From Octopus vulgaris (Eukaryota), in the NCBI GenBank assembly GCA_951406725.2, contig OX597817.1:39804001-39868000 (forward strand): a stretch of 64,000 nucleotides of DNA, given 5' to 3'. The position numbers were made by a program, and so were the translations under genes. The notes below the pieces were generated by a model that saw nothing but the letters and a program-made list of their open reading frames with translations, ran no database searches and had not been told where the DNA came from. This document shows positions 26,508 through 40,567 of the stretch, in pieces (position 1 is the stretch's first letter; each line of letters begins with the position of its first letter).

Positions 26508-26726
26508 CCTTTTAGCATTCATAGTATTCTGTCAAAAGTAAAGCTTATTTATTCACATGTTTTGAATCAATCTTGCATTATCTTGTAGTTTTGAGATTTT
26601 GATGCAGTAACTATTCATTTTTAGAATGGCACTATAGGATTGGTGTGAGAGGCCAGACCTGGCCAATTTGAACATAAAACAGGGAGAATATTTGGGCCTG
26701 ATATGGCTTGTTAAAATACTAAATGG
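26508..26726. mobile_element. piggyBac-like MITE (219 bp), second family
   Basis: TTAA|CCTTTTAGCATT ... AATACTAAATGG|TTAA. Confidence 0.75.
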
Positions 26727-26941
26727 TTAAGTGAAAAACCAGCAAGTGTAAGTGACAGGAAAGGCATCTAACTGTAAAACAATGCTTCAGTAATATATTC
26801 ATCTAACTTATGCTAGCATGGAAAAACAGGTGTAAAAGGAAAATATAGTAATGCTCTGTAATAACCATTAATTTGTCTGTTAATCTCTTTTATTCATATT
26901 TAACTTCTAGTATTCATGTATTCTTGTGTGTTTATTCACAG

Positions 26942-27106
26942 AAACGTATCCAGAAGTACAACACTTTTGTGAACAATCATCAGGAATATACAGATTCATA
27001 CAACAGTTGTATTGAATGGTTGACAATTATCAAAGAGAAATTAAACTTGTGTGCTGATTTCACTGGTGATAAACATGCTATCCAACACCGACTTACCAAA
27101 ATACAG
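26942..27106 (+). CDS. Nesprin-1-like exon 5, 165 nt, phase 0/0
   Basis: ttattcacAG|KRIQKYNTFVNNHQEYTDSYNSCIEWLTIIKEKLNLCADFTGDKHAIQHRLTKIQ|GTaaat. Confidence 0.92.
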
Positions 27107-27680
27107 GTAAATTTTGTTTTTATTTTATTTATTCTTTTCTTCTCCAAATATTATTGATTATTGACATCACCAAGATTCCTCTTAGCAGTCATAGAGCAGA
27201 AAGTTTTCTATGAGTCTGCCAAGTTTCATAGTAGACTTCAACTCTCTATACATTGTATATATTTTAAATACTCCATACTTACTATTGTGCAAAATTTAGA
27301 TTTTATTTCATTAGAATATAATATATATGTAAAGTTAAATGCCTATAATATGAGATGTAATATCAACATTTTGGGCATTATATAGGAAGGCAATGCCACC
27401 AGGTCTGAAATTCTCAATAAAACAGGATCTAAGACCATACTTGCAATATATGCTTAATGGCCGAGTCATAAGTAATGTATGACCAAGAATTTAGCCTATG
27501 ACTAGTTTAAATGAAGATCATGTCTAATGAGCCATTCCTACATCTTATGTAGGCATGCTTGTAAAATGGATCTCCACTCAGCCACTTGCATGTTAAGTCC
27601 ATAAGCAGGCTTTACCGCTAATCGAATCAACAGGAACAATCATTTTCATAACCAATAGAGTGCCCAGCTATGTACATATA

Positions 27681-27857
27681 CTGTATTTTAACGTGCATAA
27701 GGAACCCTTTCTCATTAAAAATTAGGTTAAAAAATATGGGAGTTTCTTATAGATGGATAGTATTATAATCCCTTACAAAACTGTTTTTTCAAATTTTAAG
27801 CACAAAAAGTTAAGGGATTCTTTGTACACGAGTGTTTCTTGCACACATTAAAATACA

Positions 27858-27858
<1 letters not shown>
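27681..27858. mobile_element. Tc1/pogo-type MITE (178 bp)
   Basis: TA|CTGTATTTTAACGTGCATAAG ... CTTGCACACATTAAAATACAG|TA. Confidence 0.8.
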
Positions 27859-27918
<60 letters not shown>

Positions 27919-28024
27919 AAGCAAGGCCTAGTGAAAGGTGAGGGAGTCTGACTTTTGATGATGGTGTAGTCAGTACAGATAAGGAGAGATGAGAGTGGAG
28001 TTTGAGTGATAATGTGACAAGTGA

Positions 28025-28240
28025 AGATGGTGAGATGGCAGAAACATTTGCACACCAAGCAAAATGCTTAGTGGTGTTTCATCTGTCTTTATGTTCTGAG
28101 TTCAAATTCCGCTGAGGACGACTTTTCCTTTCATTCTTTCGGGGTTGATAAATTAAGTACCAGTTGCGCACTGGGGTCAATCTAATCGACTGCTCCCTAC
28201 CCCAAAATTTCAGGCCTTGTGCCTAGAGTAGAAAAGAATG
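28025..28240 (+). mobile_element. SINE family B
   Basis: GAGTTCAAATTCCGCTGAGG B-box and B core and tail. Confidence 0.8.
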
Positions 28241-30837
28241 TGACAAGTGAGAGAAGGTGGGAAATGAGAGCAAGAATGCAAGATGAGGAAGTAGCAAATG
28301 TAGGCTTGACAATATATAAAATATCTCATTTTCTAAACTCTACTCTTTTGTCAGAGTATATTTTGCCATGAGATATCAGGTCTTCTAGAGCACTGCATCT
28401 CATCAATCAGTACAGTCCTTAATCATCTCTTTCATGAAACAGAATCGTTAAGTTAAATTTCACCATTTCATCCCATGTCCTCCTTGGTTTCCTGCTTTCT
28501 CAGGTCCCCCCAAGTAAGCCATCCTCTAAACATATCACATTCTCATACAGCCTTCTCACTCACTATATCACAGTGATTCTGGTATAGGATTATGTTAAGG
28601 ATCTGTGGAATACTCAGCAACTTACATGCTAAGTTATTGAGCAAATTATTCAATTAATTGAATAACTGAATACTCATAATTGAAACCATCAGAGATCCAT
28701 TATATTTGTGTGTGTATATGTATACTTCTATGTGTTTGTATACTTGTGTGTGTGTGTGTTTGTATCTCTGTATGCTCGTGCATTTGTGTATGCATGTGCA
28801 TTTATCTCTAATTGTTAGAAATATATATTCTGCTTTAAGGTTATATTTGCTTTCAGATATCCAATTTTTGAAGTTTATATAATTGCCATATTTGTAATAA
28901 TTGAAGTTGTGGCAGATTAACAATAATAATAATAATAATGATAACAGCAACAATAATAATCATAGCTGCACATCTAAATTCAAATCAAAATTCATAAATA
29001 AATTACCTTCATTTTAATTCTAATTTGATTTTCACTTTTGCATTATTGAAATTTTCATTTCATTTAAAACTTATGAAACCTTTTTCAAGTTGATCTTAAT
29101 CACCCAAATTTTACCAATAAAAATATTTTAACTTTTGTGATTTGAAAAATATAAGCCAATGAAAGTAAAAATAATTTTAAAAAAACAACTTTTTATTTGA
29201 AATTGATGTCTTTCACTACCATATGGCACTAAGTATCCAAATTGTACAAAGCTGTTTAGACAGAAGTATTTTATAAATATTTGCATTTGTTTGATAATTC
29301 TGAAAAATTATTGGCATACATTTGTGTTATCCTGTTGATGGTGTAGGTGGATGATGTGTAAATTTAGGCATATGCATGTGGTTTTGAAGTATAATACACA
29401 TAGCTAGCATTATTAATGCACTGGATGAAGATTAATCTTTAATGCCAGCAGTGTTTTATGTAATTAGACAACGCACATTCTTTGCTTTACTCTAAGTGTT
29501 TCATGATGTAGTCACAGTACAGCTGAATGGCTGAGAAGTTTGTTTTAGAACCACGTGGACCCAGTTTCAATATCACTGCATGACACTGCTTGTCTCTCTA
29601 TTTTACTTTATCCTCTCAGCACCAAGCATAAAGCCACATTCCTCTCTTTAATACTCCCCTTCCTTCTTTAGTAATGGGAACTTTTTCCTTTTCCAACCTT
29701 TCTCTGTCTTGCAAGTTACTTGGCAACCTCACTAGTGCTGGTGCTACAAAAGTAGCACTCAGTACATTAGGAAGGGCAACCAGTCGTAGAAAACATGCCA
29801 AAGCTGTCATTTGGAGACTAGTGCTACCCTACAACTTGCCAGATCTTGTCAAACCATCCAGCCCATGCCAGCATGGATAACAGACATTAAATGAGAATGA
29901 TGATGATGATGACAGCATCGTCATCAGTATTCTATATAACCTCAGGATGACCTTTACTCAGTGAGCAAAATTGAGTAAATAGAAACTACTCAGAAGCCTG
30001 TTGGATGGATTGAACCTGTAATTCAAAGATGCAGCCTTGCCACACACTATCACACTGATTCTACCTGAGAATTACAATAAGAGTAAGCATGTATGTGGAA
30101 TACTCAGCCACTTACATGCTAATTTATTGAGTTTGGTTGTTCAGTTCTTAAAACCATTGAAAATTCAAGGTCAGATATTCTGACCAAGAATCAGTTAGAT
30201 CTATTTAGCATCAGACACAGTATTCATCAACATATTTATATATTTAGAAAATTGTCCAACCCATGTTAACACTCAAGATATCAGTATAAGAAAAACTACA
30301 ATTCACTGTTGGGTGGAAATTTTTCCTCCAACAAAATAAAAAGATGTTTATATAATATCATTAATTACCTATATAACTGGGAGAGAAATGCTTCATTATT
30401 TGCTTAGTTATTAAGGAAAGAATGTATCAACTAACATTATAATCAGTTTAAATACTAAATACTATCGCAGAAGAGAATGAAAGAATAATTCTTTCCCTGT
30501 CTTATCATTTTCTCTGTTTCAAAACAAAAAAAAAAAGGAAGTTATTTGCATAAGCTGTTTACAAGTTAATGTTGTGTAAAACTATGTAAGCAGAATGGTT
30601 CTCAACCATTTCTCTATTGTTATTTATTTCATTTTTATGTAGAGTTTATCATCAGACAGCCTACTTAGAACAACAAATTAAATGCTTCTTCTAACTTTAA
30701 AATGATTACAAGTTTGCAGATTAAAATCTCACAGCAGTATTTCTTAATAAAGGTGAAATACTAAACAATTTTATTGGGAAGTCTTGTTGATCTGATCATC
30801 TCCTCTGCCGCCCTGAACAAACTATAATAATCTTTTG

Positions 30838-31220
30838 TCTTTCACATGTTTCAGTCATTGCATTTTGGCCATACTGGGGCACTGCTTTAGAAGATTTAAT
30901 CAAACAAATTGACTTCAGTTTCTTATTATTAAGTCTGGTACTGATTCTAGCAGACCTCTTTTGCCAAGCCACTAAGTTATGAAGGTGCAAACAAACCATC
31001 ACCAGTTGTTAAGAGGTGGGTGGGGTGAAACAAATGAACACACACACATACACACATGCATGCACACATGACAAGCTTCCTCTCAATTTCCATCTACCAA
31101 ATTCACTCACAAGACATTGATCTGGGGCTCTATCAGAAAACACTTGCTAAAGGTGCTATACAGTGGTACTGAACCCAAAACCATGTGGTTACAAAGCAAG
31201 CTTCTTACCACACGACCATA
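30838..31220 (-). mobile_element. SINE family A, diverged
   Basis: Colinear with the A consensus on the minus strand. Confidence 0.75.
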
Positions 31221-31897
31221 ATATATTAAAATATTTATCCAGTGATTTAAACTACCCTAGCTGGTATATTTCCTGGGATGATTCATATATCACATTTCCA
31301 AACCTGGATACAGTCTGTCCATAGATATGATATAAAAAAAATTATTTGGGCTTGTGCTTCCTTTTCAAGAAATACCTATTATTTTTATGTTAGTTGAGAC
31401 ATGTATGCATTGTTTTATTATTTTGCATGTTAAAGGGCTGAGAACTGTAATTTAAGTATTATATGTATTTTCATGTATGAAATGCCGAATATATAATATA
31501 TGTACATATTCCTTTGTGTTTTCATGAATTGTTTGAAATTATCAACGTAGTGGCGCTGTGTAAGTTTTTCTTCCACTCTTGCTAGTGACTACATATATAT
31601 ATGTTTGTTTTTATGTGAAGTTATAATAAAAACAATATAACATTAAACTAAACAAAACTACCCAATACATTTTTTGTAGAGTACATGTGTAGTTTACTTT
31701 TATAAGTAGTGGTGTGATAGTAACTTTGAAGTTTCAGCCTTGCTGGCCTTCATCTGGCATCCCACTTCTTGTAAAAGTATAAAATATTTATGCACACATA
31801 CATATACACACACACACATACACACACATACACACACACACATACACACACACACATACACACACACACACACACGTGTAAATATGTATGTGTGTGA

Positions 31898-31945
<48 letters not shown>

Positions 31946-34900
31946 TTGAAGAATTATGGGGGAGGAGATTCTATACATGTTTTTCTACATGTATGCTTTT
32001 ATATCTCCTATCCTGTAATGAAACATGTGTGACATGGAATTTAAAAATGCACACACACACATACATACATATATGTGCATGTGTTTACACGCACGTGTGC
32101 ACATGCACACACACGCACATTTCAATTCATCGCTAGAGTATTGATTTTTATATTGTGTTGTGGTTAATGCTGCTTTTTGAGTGTATTTATGCAATCTTAA
32201 CAATATTCTATTGGTTACTCAAAAAATAAACCCCAAATTATTTTATAATTATATTTTATTTTACTATTGGAGGGTTGAGCTATCATCAAGCATTGTTTTC
32301 AGTTGTTTTTGTCAAATAGAATTTAGTTAACACACTGTTACTTGATTAACTATTCATTATAGAGTAATTAAAATGAATAGTTTGAATGCATCTCATGAAT
32401 GAAGTTAGTTAAGCAAGGATTAAGGTGCGATTAATTAAAATATGAAACTTGTTCAGGAGATGATTGTTTGTCATTTAGTATGATAGATTAAACGGAATGA
32501 TTTCAACAATGGATGCCTTAAGATGATTCAGATGAACAAACAAGGGAAAATGAACAAAGGAACCTCAATATGGTCATTTGATTTGCTAGAAATAGTTGCC
32601 AAATCTCCTTCAAGCAACTCATCTTTAAAAATGAGAATGAATGGATATATACAATATGTAGTTCTGGATAGACACTGCAGAAATGGGATAATCAAGGCTA
32701 GTGTCTTTGACCAGGACTGATGTAAGGAAGGGATAAACAGCAACAACAAAACTAACAGAAACCAATGATTAAACAAACTTTAGACTATCAGTATTAATTT
32801 GACTCAATAAATTTAATCAGAACTAAACTATATGTTGTCCTAAAAGAACATTTAATTTTGGTTTTATATATTAATTTATTACATTAATAACATTAGTGAT
32901 GTGATGGGAGGAAGTTTATTATATTGACTGGTAATTTATTTTAGTAACCCTCAGAAGAATAAGTGATAGAGTTGCTCTTGGCAGGGATTGAACTCAAGTG
33001 TAAAAGGCCACTGTTAAATACCACAAGGCATTTTGTCTGATTTGCTAACAGTTTAGTCAGTCTACTACTTTGCATTTCTGTTTTTAATAATATATCATCC
33101 ACTTAGTTTTGGAATATTTTGCAGTGGTTGAAGGAAATTATTATAGTTGCTTGTGTAATGGTGATGAATCACGAATCAGATTTTTATCATAATTATTCTG
33201 TAATCTGTATTCTGATTCCTGCATAATTTAAAACATTTTAAATGAAGTTGGAAATGTTTTGGTTAGAGTTAACATTTGATACAAAGAACATTAAATGTGT
33301 TAACTAAAAATAACTTTATCATAGGGGAAAAATAATATTAAGCAATGGCTAATATTATTTTGAATCCTTTGGAAAGACAACTCCAGATTTATTTTAGTCT
33401 TATTACACCTCCTTAGCAATATATAGACTTCATTGCATTTATCAAAATAGTGATGATGATTGCTAGATAAATGTAAATATATTGCATATCAAAAATATGC
33501 AGAAATATTCAGAGACTGCATAACTAGTAGATACACATTATCCATAAGGAGACATTTAACATTAAACAAACCAAATGACTATATTTTTTCTGCTGTACCT
33601 TTGTACATTAATTCTGCTTGTTGACCTGAGTACATAACAGAAAAATACATACCATTCCCAATTTATGCATTATTAATTAATATCAAAAAGACAACTGGAG
33701 TGAATCATGGATCAGATTTTTACCATAATTACTCTGTTGTTAAATCACCATGATCAACTTGAGTATAACCCAAAGGAATATGCATAGTAGTTTATCTTTC
33801 TAGATTTATATATTCTGTCTTGGCTACATTTATGCTCTTGAGCCCACAAACCATGTGGTGAAACAGAAGATGCATTGTGTTAGATGCCTTGATTTATGAG
33901 TGTGCATGTTTATCATTCACACACACATACCTATGCCTATATGCATGTTTAGTGCTAACAGTCAGAAGAAAGAACACTCCTCTATAGAGATTAATTTTAT
34001 CTTTATTTTGGTTGTGCAATGCTACTCTAGGTTGCTCTGTGGGTGCACAGGTTCTTCAGAGAAGTCACAGCAGAATAATTACCAAAATATAAATATGATA
34101 CACACACACACTATTATGCATAGGTGCACTCAAACAGTTACACAAATGCATGAACATTCCTATACAAAGCACTCAAAAGTCATGAGACATGGAATTATAC
34201 ACACATGCACACACATTCACAGACAATTTTTGGTAGCTGGTAGAAGTTAGATGTTGCTGAAAATGTAGATATTACCATAAAATAATTATGTCATTTCTTT
34301 GTTCTGGCCAACTACTAAAACCTGGACAAATTGTGAGGCTTTAGTTACACAAATATAAGCACTCATTATTTTGATTGAAGTTATTTTATGAGTAACCAAT
34401 CACCTCTCTTCAATATCTCTCATCACTAATTATTCTTCTTGCTTTCATGTTTTTAAAGAGTGAAATACTAATTTTTCTATTAAATATTTCAGTTGTTTTC
34501 TCTCAGCTAATTCAATTTTGTTATATTCAATGTTTCTCTTTCTCTCCTTCTTCCTCTCCAAACTTTTTTTATGATCTTTGTAGACACAGTAAACAAATTC
34601 TTCTATAGATGCACAAAACTGGGTTTAAAATATGGGTACATTTCATTCATTTATGTTTTTGGTACACAATAAATTTTTCAACAAACTGTTTGATTGTATG
34701 ATCAGGACATATGTAGTGTGAGAGAACCAGTGGTTGACTCTTTAGTGTTCAGGACCACCAACAGAATCTTCAGGCTTTTGTATCTTATATCTAGCTATGT
34801 CTGTGTGTCCTGACATAACTTTCAAATGCTCCAGTCAACGTTGCTGTAAATTATTTATGTTCTACAAAATAAGATCAACTTTAAATTGTTGTGGTTTTCA

Positions 34901-37075
34901 TTAACATGCAGTTTTGGTTTCAGTTCCTGTGAGCTTGTAGAAAGCAATCTGTAAAAGAAGTCATGTCTTGAGATTGTAATTTCAACCAATAGTCTCAGGC
35001 TGCCTTATTATTGGGTGAAAGTATAGCTGTGTGGTTAAGAAGTTTACTTCACAACTATGTGGTTTCAGGTTCTGTACTATACTATACTATACCTTGATCA
35101 AGAGTTTTCTATCACTTTCATCATAGCCTTGGGTCAACCAGAGTCTTGTGAATGAAATTTGGTAATCAGAAGCATTGGAAGAACTCTTTCTGATTAGTTA
35201 AAGATGATGTTAAAGAGGTAACAGATTAATCCGTTACCTCTTTAATATCATCACATTTCCTTTGAATATATTAGCAAAATCTGCATCAATTTAAGAATTC
35301 TAGTTTGAGGATAACTTTCTCCCTTCCTCCTACCAATCTTGAAGGCCTTCAAAATGTCTTGGGTACTACCTCGCCTCCTTAGACAAATCTATAATTCTTT
35401 TTTAGAATCTAGACTCTGGTTTTGATTACAAACTACTTGTGTTTACTGTTGTGTACAGTCTTATTTCTTGTAAAATTCATTAAGAATGGGACATTCATTT
35501 CTTGGGGGATATCTTGTAAAATTTCTTCTCTTGATGATGTGTAATTCTACAATATAATCTAGTTAGTGGGATTCATTTCCTTAAATTATGATTGTGTTTT
35601 GTTTGAATTTGTGTACAATATTCATACAGTTTACTGAAGAGATAATTAACCAAAACATAGCAATGAAATAACCATCTGATACATAACAATGTTATTTTAA
35701 ACCTTGATGTCACCATACTGAAGAATTCCATTAAAAAATCTATTAGAAAGTAAAACTAAAGCTTCTTTAAAATTTATAGATTTGACAAGATAACATTTGA
35801 AATTTAAACATTTACTTTTCAGTACTTTATTCAAGTGCTTATTTAATTCTCTCTACATATTTATTATTAAAGACCAATTTATCAAATACATAAATATATA
35901 TCTTTCAGAACTCAAAGTGTCTAGCCATAATTCTTTCACAATTCAGCAGAATGAAACATGTAATTAAATGTAAAATTGAAGACTATACTGTAGTGGTTTT
36001 ATAATTTTTTTTCATTTTTATTCACAACCATTCATGTCACTTAACACAAATATTCTAAAATACTAAAATGTGTGAACATCCCATGAGTAACAAATAGCTT
36101 CATTATTGCTTCAGACTCACAAAGATCTTAGCTTTAGTATGAATGTATTTAAACATATTCAAACTTACTATCTTAGTGGAAATTTAATTACTTTTCCTTT
36201 GCACTTACTATACTTAACAATACATATATGCATAATTTATATGACGAATGATGATGAAAAATGGTAATAATAATGATAATAAAATAAAAATCATAATAAT
36301 TTCTTACATTTATAATTAAATTTTTTTTATAATCAATAGTATTGATAATATTAATTATAATAATAATTTGTCATTATTATTTATTTTACTCTTCTTTCCA
36401 TAGTTAAATGGTCATATAAGCACTTATATATGCATAAATTAGTTGCACATATATATATTATAACTAAAAGTTCATCTTATCACTAACTACTGAAGCCAAA
36501 TCTTTAAATTGGATGGCTGCATATGTGACACTGAGTGCTAAGCTTGATAGATCTATACACTTTGGTTTGTGAGTGTATTTGTGTGTTTCTATTGATTAAT
36601 TAATGACAAAAGAAGGGTTATATAATTAAATTCATTATCACACTGACACTCATTACTGGGTGTTTTGTTCCTGTAACTGAAACAGCTGTAAGCTAATAGA
36701 TATAATTACATAACTCTTGTTCTTTCATCATTTATTGGTCAGTATTTTTCTCTGTATGTATGTATGTTGTGGTTTACATGAAAGTCAAGATATGGGGATA
36801 TCTGTGAGTTCAAGCAACCTGACAACCATAGATTATGAATAGCAGACAGATTATACTGTGTTCAAACAACCAGTTATTAAACCTGCTATGGAAAAGCTAA
36901 ATTATCGCACACACACTCACACAAAAGAGAGATACATATACATACATACAAACATGCACTCATATAGCCGTTTGTCTGTGTCTGTTTCATATAGCGTTTT
37001 TCTTGATATGTGTTAATATTTTTTCACTTAAATAATTCTTTGTTTTTTGTACTAATGCATTTGTGTTTCCATCAG

Positions 37076-37240
37076 GATATCCTGGCTACCAAGACTGAAG
37101 GGGAACCAAAGGTGAAAAAAGTTGTAGAACTCTCCGGAAAAGTTCTTCCAAACACGTCTCAACAAGGCAAGGATATTATCAAACGTGAAGTCAATAGTCT
37201 GCAAGATGATTGGTCAGCTTTTGTTGCAGCAATTGTGCAG
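37076..37240 (+). CDS. Nesprin-1-like exon 6, 165 nt, phase 0/0 (5' part of a 327-type unit)
   Basis: tttccatcAG|DILATKTEGEPKVKKVVELSGKVLPNTSQQGKDIIKREVNSLQDDWSAFVAAIVQ|GTgaga. Confidence 0.92.
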
Positions 37241-38171
37241 GTGAGATAAATACTACTGTGATCTCTGTTCTGCTTTATGTTTTATCTTTCCTTCTTTTCT
37301 CAAACGAGACCACTGTAAATCTAGAAACAGTTAGAGAAGGAGCATATGTGAGAAAAAGAGAAAAGTGAGATAAATAGAGAGTTAAACAGAAAGAAAAATG
37401 TAAGTGATGTTTGACAAAAATGAAAATATACAAATAATATATAACATGAAAAAAAGAGGGAGTTGTGTACATGTGTTTGCATACATATGCACATGCATGT
37501 CTACAAGAAAGCACAACCAGTATTTAAAAAAAAGAAGCTATCTATAATATTTGGAGTAGAACAAGAAAAAATCTTATGATAACAGATAAGTGAAAGTACG
37601 GATTATAGCTGCAGATGTATGCTTAACAAATTTGCTTCATCTGGCTTTAGTTCAGTCCTACTGCATGGCACCTTGGGCAGAATAAAGCCTTGTAAGTGGG
37701 CTTAGTGGATGGAAACTGAAGGAAACCTGTCATATATATATATATGGACTTTAGGCAGGATGGCATCAAAATAGTTATTGTACCTGTTACTCTGTGCCTC
37801 AAAGTTGCAATTATTCCAATAGTTGAATGTTTTCCTCTTACAACCTATTTTCCTACTTCTATTTCTCAGTATTGAATCTTTCCATCTAACTCTGTAGGCA
37901 GATACGTCCAATGCTACTGATCTGGTTCATTAGCAAAGCCTATTTTCACACAGACACACACACACACACACATATGTAGTATGTACATATGTGATGACTG
38001 ATTTGATAAGTGGTGCCATGTATTTTTACAATTCTGTAAATAATCATAATAATATTTTTATAAGCATAAAGCTTATAAGCAATCACCATGTATTGACAAA
38101 AGAAAATAGTCTGATATTGGGGCATATAAGCCCTCAGTGGAAAAATGTGGATTTATATATGTGTGTGTATG

Positions 38172-38227
<56 letters not shown>

Positions 38228-38820
38228 CATATATTATAAATCTGAAAGAGAAGCACACTCTAGGTTATAGAGAGGTAGAGTAATTAGATAAAGATGGTTA
38301 TATTATACAATCGAGATGAGAGATGCCCCATAGATCAGCCATAACTATCTTTATCTAATCAGATATATATCATCATCGTCGTTTAACGTCCGTTCTCCAT
38401 GCTAGATATATATAGATATATATAATTCTGCCAACTTGCTGCCTTCTGTATTTGGAAAATTAATACTAGTAGTTATATATATGTGTGTGTATATATATAT
38501 ATAGATATACATACACACACACGAATATATATAACTATTAGTATTAGTTTTTCAAATACAGAAGGCAGCAAGTTGGCAGAATTCTTAGAACATTTGAAAA
38601 AATACTTTGCTGTATTTCTTTCATCTCTTTATGTTCTGGGTTTAATTCCCCATCCCCCCAAGGTCAATTTTTGCTTTTCATCCTTTCAGGGTATGGCTGG
38701 TGGTAGTGTTGATAAAAGAAAAGAACTGTTTAAATACTGGAGTTGATAGTATCAACTTAAAACTCTCTCCTCAAAATTACTGGTTTTTTGCCTTCATTAA
38801 ACACATTTTCTCTGTTACAG

Positions 38821-38979
38821 ACTAAGAAAGATCTGGAAAGTTGTATGGATCAATGGGAAGTCTTTGATTCCAAATACAAAGAGTGCTCTGCCGAGGTTAA
38901 ACAAGTTGAAAACAAACTGAAAGGCACAGATCTAAAGAACTCTCTGGAAGAGAAAGAAGAACAGTGGAATATTTTAACG
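38821..38979 (+). CDS. Nesprin-1-like exon 7, 159 nt, phase 0/0 (3' part of a 327-type unit)
   Basis: tctgttacAG|TKKDLESCMDQWEVFDSKYKECSAEVKQVENKLKGTDLKNSLEEKEEQWNILT|GTaatt. Confidence 0.9.
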
Positions 38980-39689
38980 GTAATTCTCACTTGTTTTTTT
39001 TGTTTCTGCTATAGTTGTTTTGTTGTTTCACTTCAATCCATCTCTAATTGCTCAGACCTGTCTTTGACCAAAGACTCTCAAGCCACAACCATGCAGTTTG
39101 TTTCCCATGTATCTCAAACTACATTATGCTATATACCCCACTTTTAATTTTTTAAATGATAGTTTGTGGTTTAAGGGACATCCTCAGCAAGTCAAGCAAC
39201 CATACAGGGGTTTCATTCATGGCTCCCTTTTTTATATCTTGTGAAATTATTATTGCTTTATTTTCAATCATGCAGTGTACCACTTTGTTACAATAAACTA
39301 TGTATATAGCCTATACTAAACTAAACTATGTCTGTAATCTTGTACACTAAACTATTAGCAAATTAATTGCTTAATTTAGTTTCAATTTTAAGTTGTTGGG
39401 ACATTCTACTTATTCGCTAAAACCCCTTTTACTCTATGAATTTATCACCTCACTGGTGTGTCAGTAAACTTTATTTTTTCACCTTGACTTTTGTTCTTCT
39501 GAATCTACCAATTCTGTGTTATATGCCACACCCACTCAAAACCAACCTGATGCACTTTCTGTTATTCTGTCCATCATATTTATAATTATAATGTTTCACC
39601 TTTAGAATCCCAGTATTCCTTTCTTTTTTTCTTTTTGGTTTGGTCTGGTGGAATGGGATGTACCTGTTGTAAGTCCACCTAGACCAGTG

Positions 39690-40110
39690 AGATTGAAGCA
39701 ACAGATTGATCAACTTCAATAGTTGGAAGTTGATGCCTGCAAGAAAAGACATTAGCGGAAAGAATATTCAGATAGCTGACATTCTAGAGGATTAAATAGT
39801 ATAGTGGTTAATTTGGGCTTGGGATGAAGTGTTCAGGACAGACCACATTCATTATGTAGTCTGCCTTGAATGAGTTAGGAGTGCCTGATTGAAAGTGACA
39901 CAAGTCTATTTAGATCCAAGATGCAGAGACCACTGCAGTAGTGGTATAAAAGACAGAGAGAGGACACACAACATTTGATAATCAGGAGTTGGAGTATATT
40001 GGTGAGGGGCTTCATACCAACGGTTTAGGTTGTCCATGTATTTGGATCCAGTCTATGATGTCCATAGCTCCAGATGTGGAAGCAGTATTCCATTGTGTGT
40101 CTGTATACTT
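39690..40110 (-). pseudogene. LINE (CR1/L2/Jockey-group) ORF2 C-terminal relic
   Basis: Minus-strand peptides YRHTMEYCFHIWS..RLD and PLTNILQLL..CCVSSLCLLYHYCSGLC resemble RP.MEYCSHIW...LD.IQ and L.HRR.V.SL.LFYRY..G.C motifs. Confidence 0.7.
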
Positions 40111-40417
40111 TGTTTCCTTTTCCCCTGCTTGTAATGATGTTCTTCATGAAATCCTCTCCTGTCCACCATTCTTCAATACTAATGATTAAACATCTTCTCA
40201 ATGCTAATTTCAATTATTTATCTTAAATCCCATTCCTTACTATCAAAAAAGGCACTGCTGCACCACAATGTAAAGAAAATGATAATATTTAAGCATACTA
40301 TTTGTATTCTATGGCAAAATAAGAGGCTAGGAAAAAAGCAAGAGAAAGAAAGTTAAATAAAAAAAATGCCATGGTGTTAACAAATCAAAATCTGAAGACT
40401 TTAATTTTCTCTTTCAG

Positions 40418-40567
40418 TCCCAACTGACCAATGAAACTCAGCCTGACTCTATAGAAGATCTGTTTGAATTGGCTCAGACATTATCTCAAATCACCTCAGA
40501 TTCCAGTATCATAACTAATGTGTCTCAGCTTAAAGCCAGGAAGCAAGTTGTTTACAGTAACATCAAA
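40418..40567 (+). CDS. Nesprin-1-like exon 8, 150 nt, phase 0/0 (not in ORF track)
   Basis: ttctctttcAG|SQLTNETQPDSIEDLFELAQTLSQITSDSSIITNVSQLKARKQVVYSNIK|GTaaga; size and position match the ~153-nt exon class. Confidence 0.85.

Noticed and set aside
35625-35680. CTGAAGA...CCAAAAC hammerhead-like spacing
   Set aside because: Stems I and III cannot be formed convincingly.
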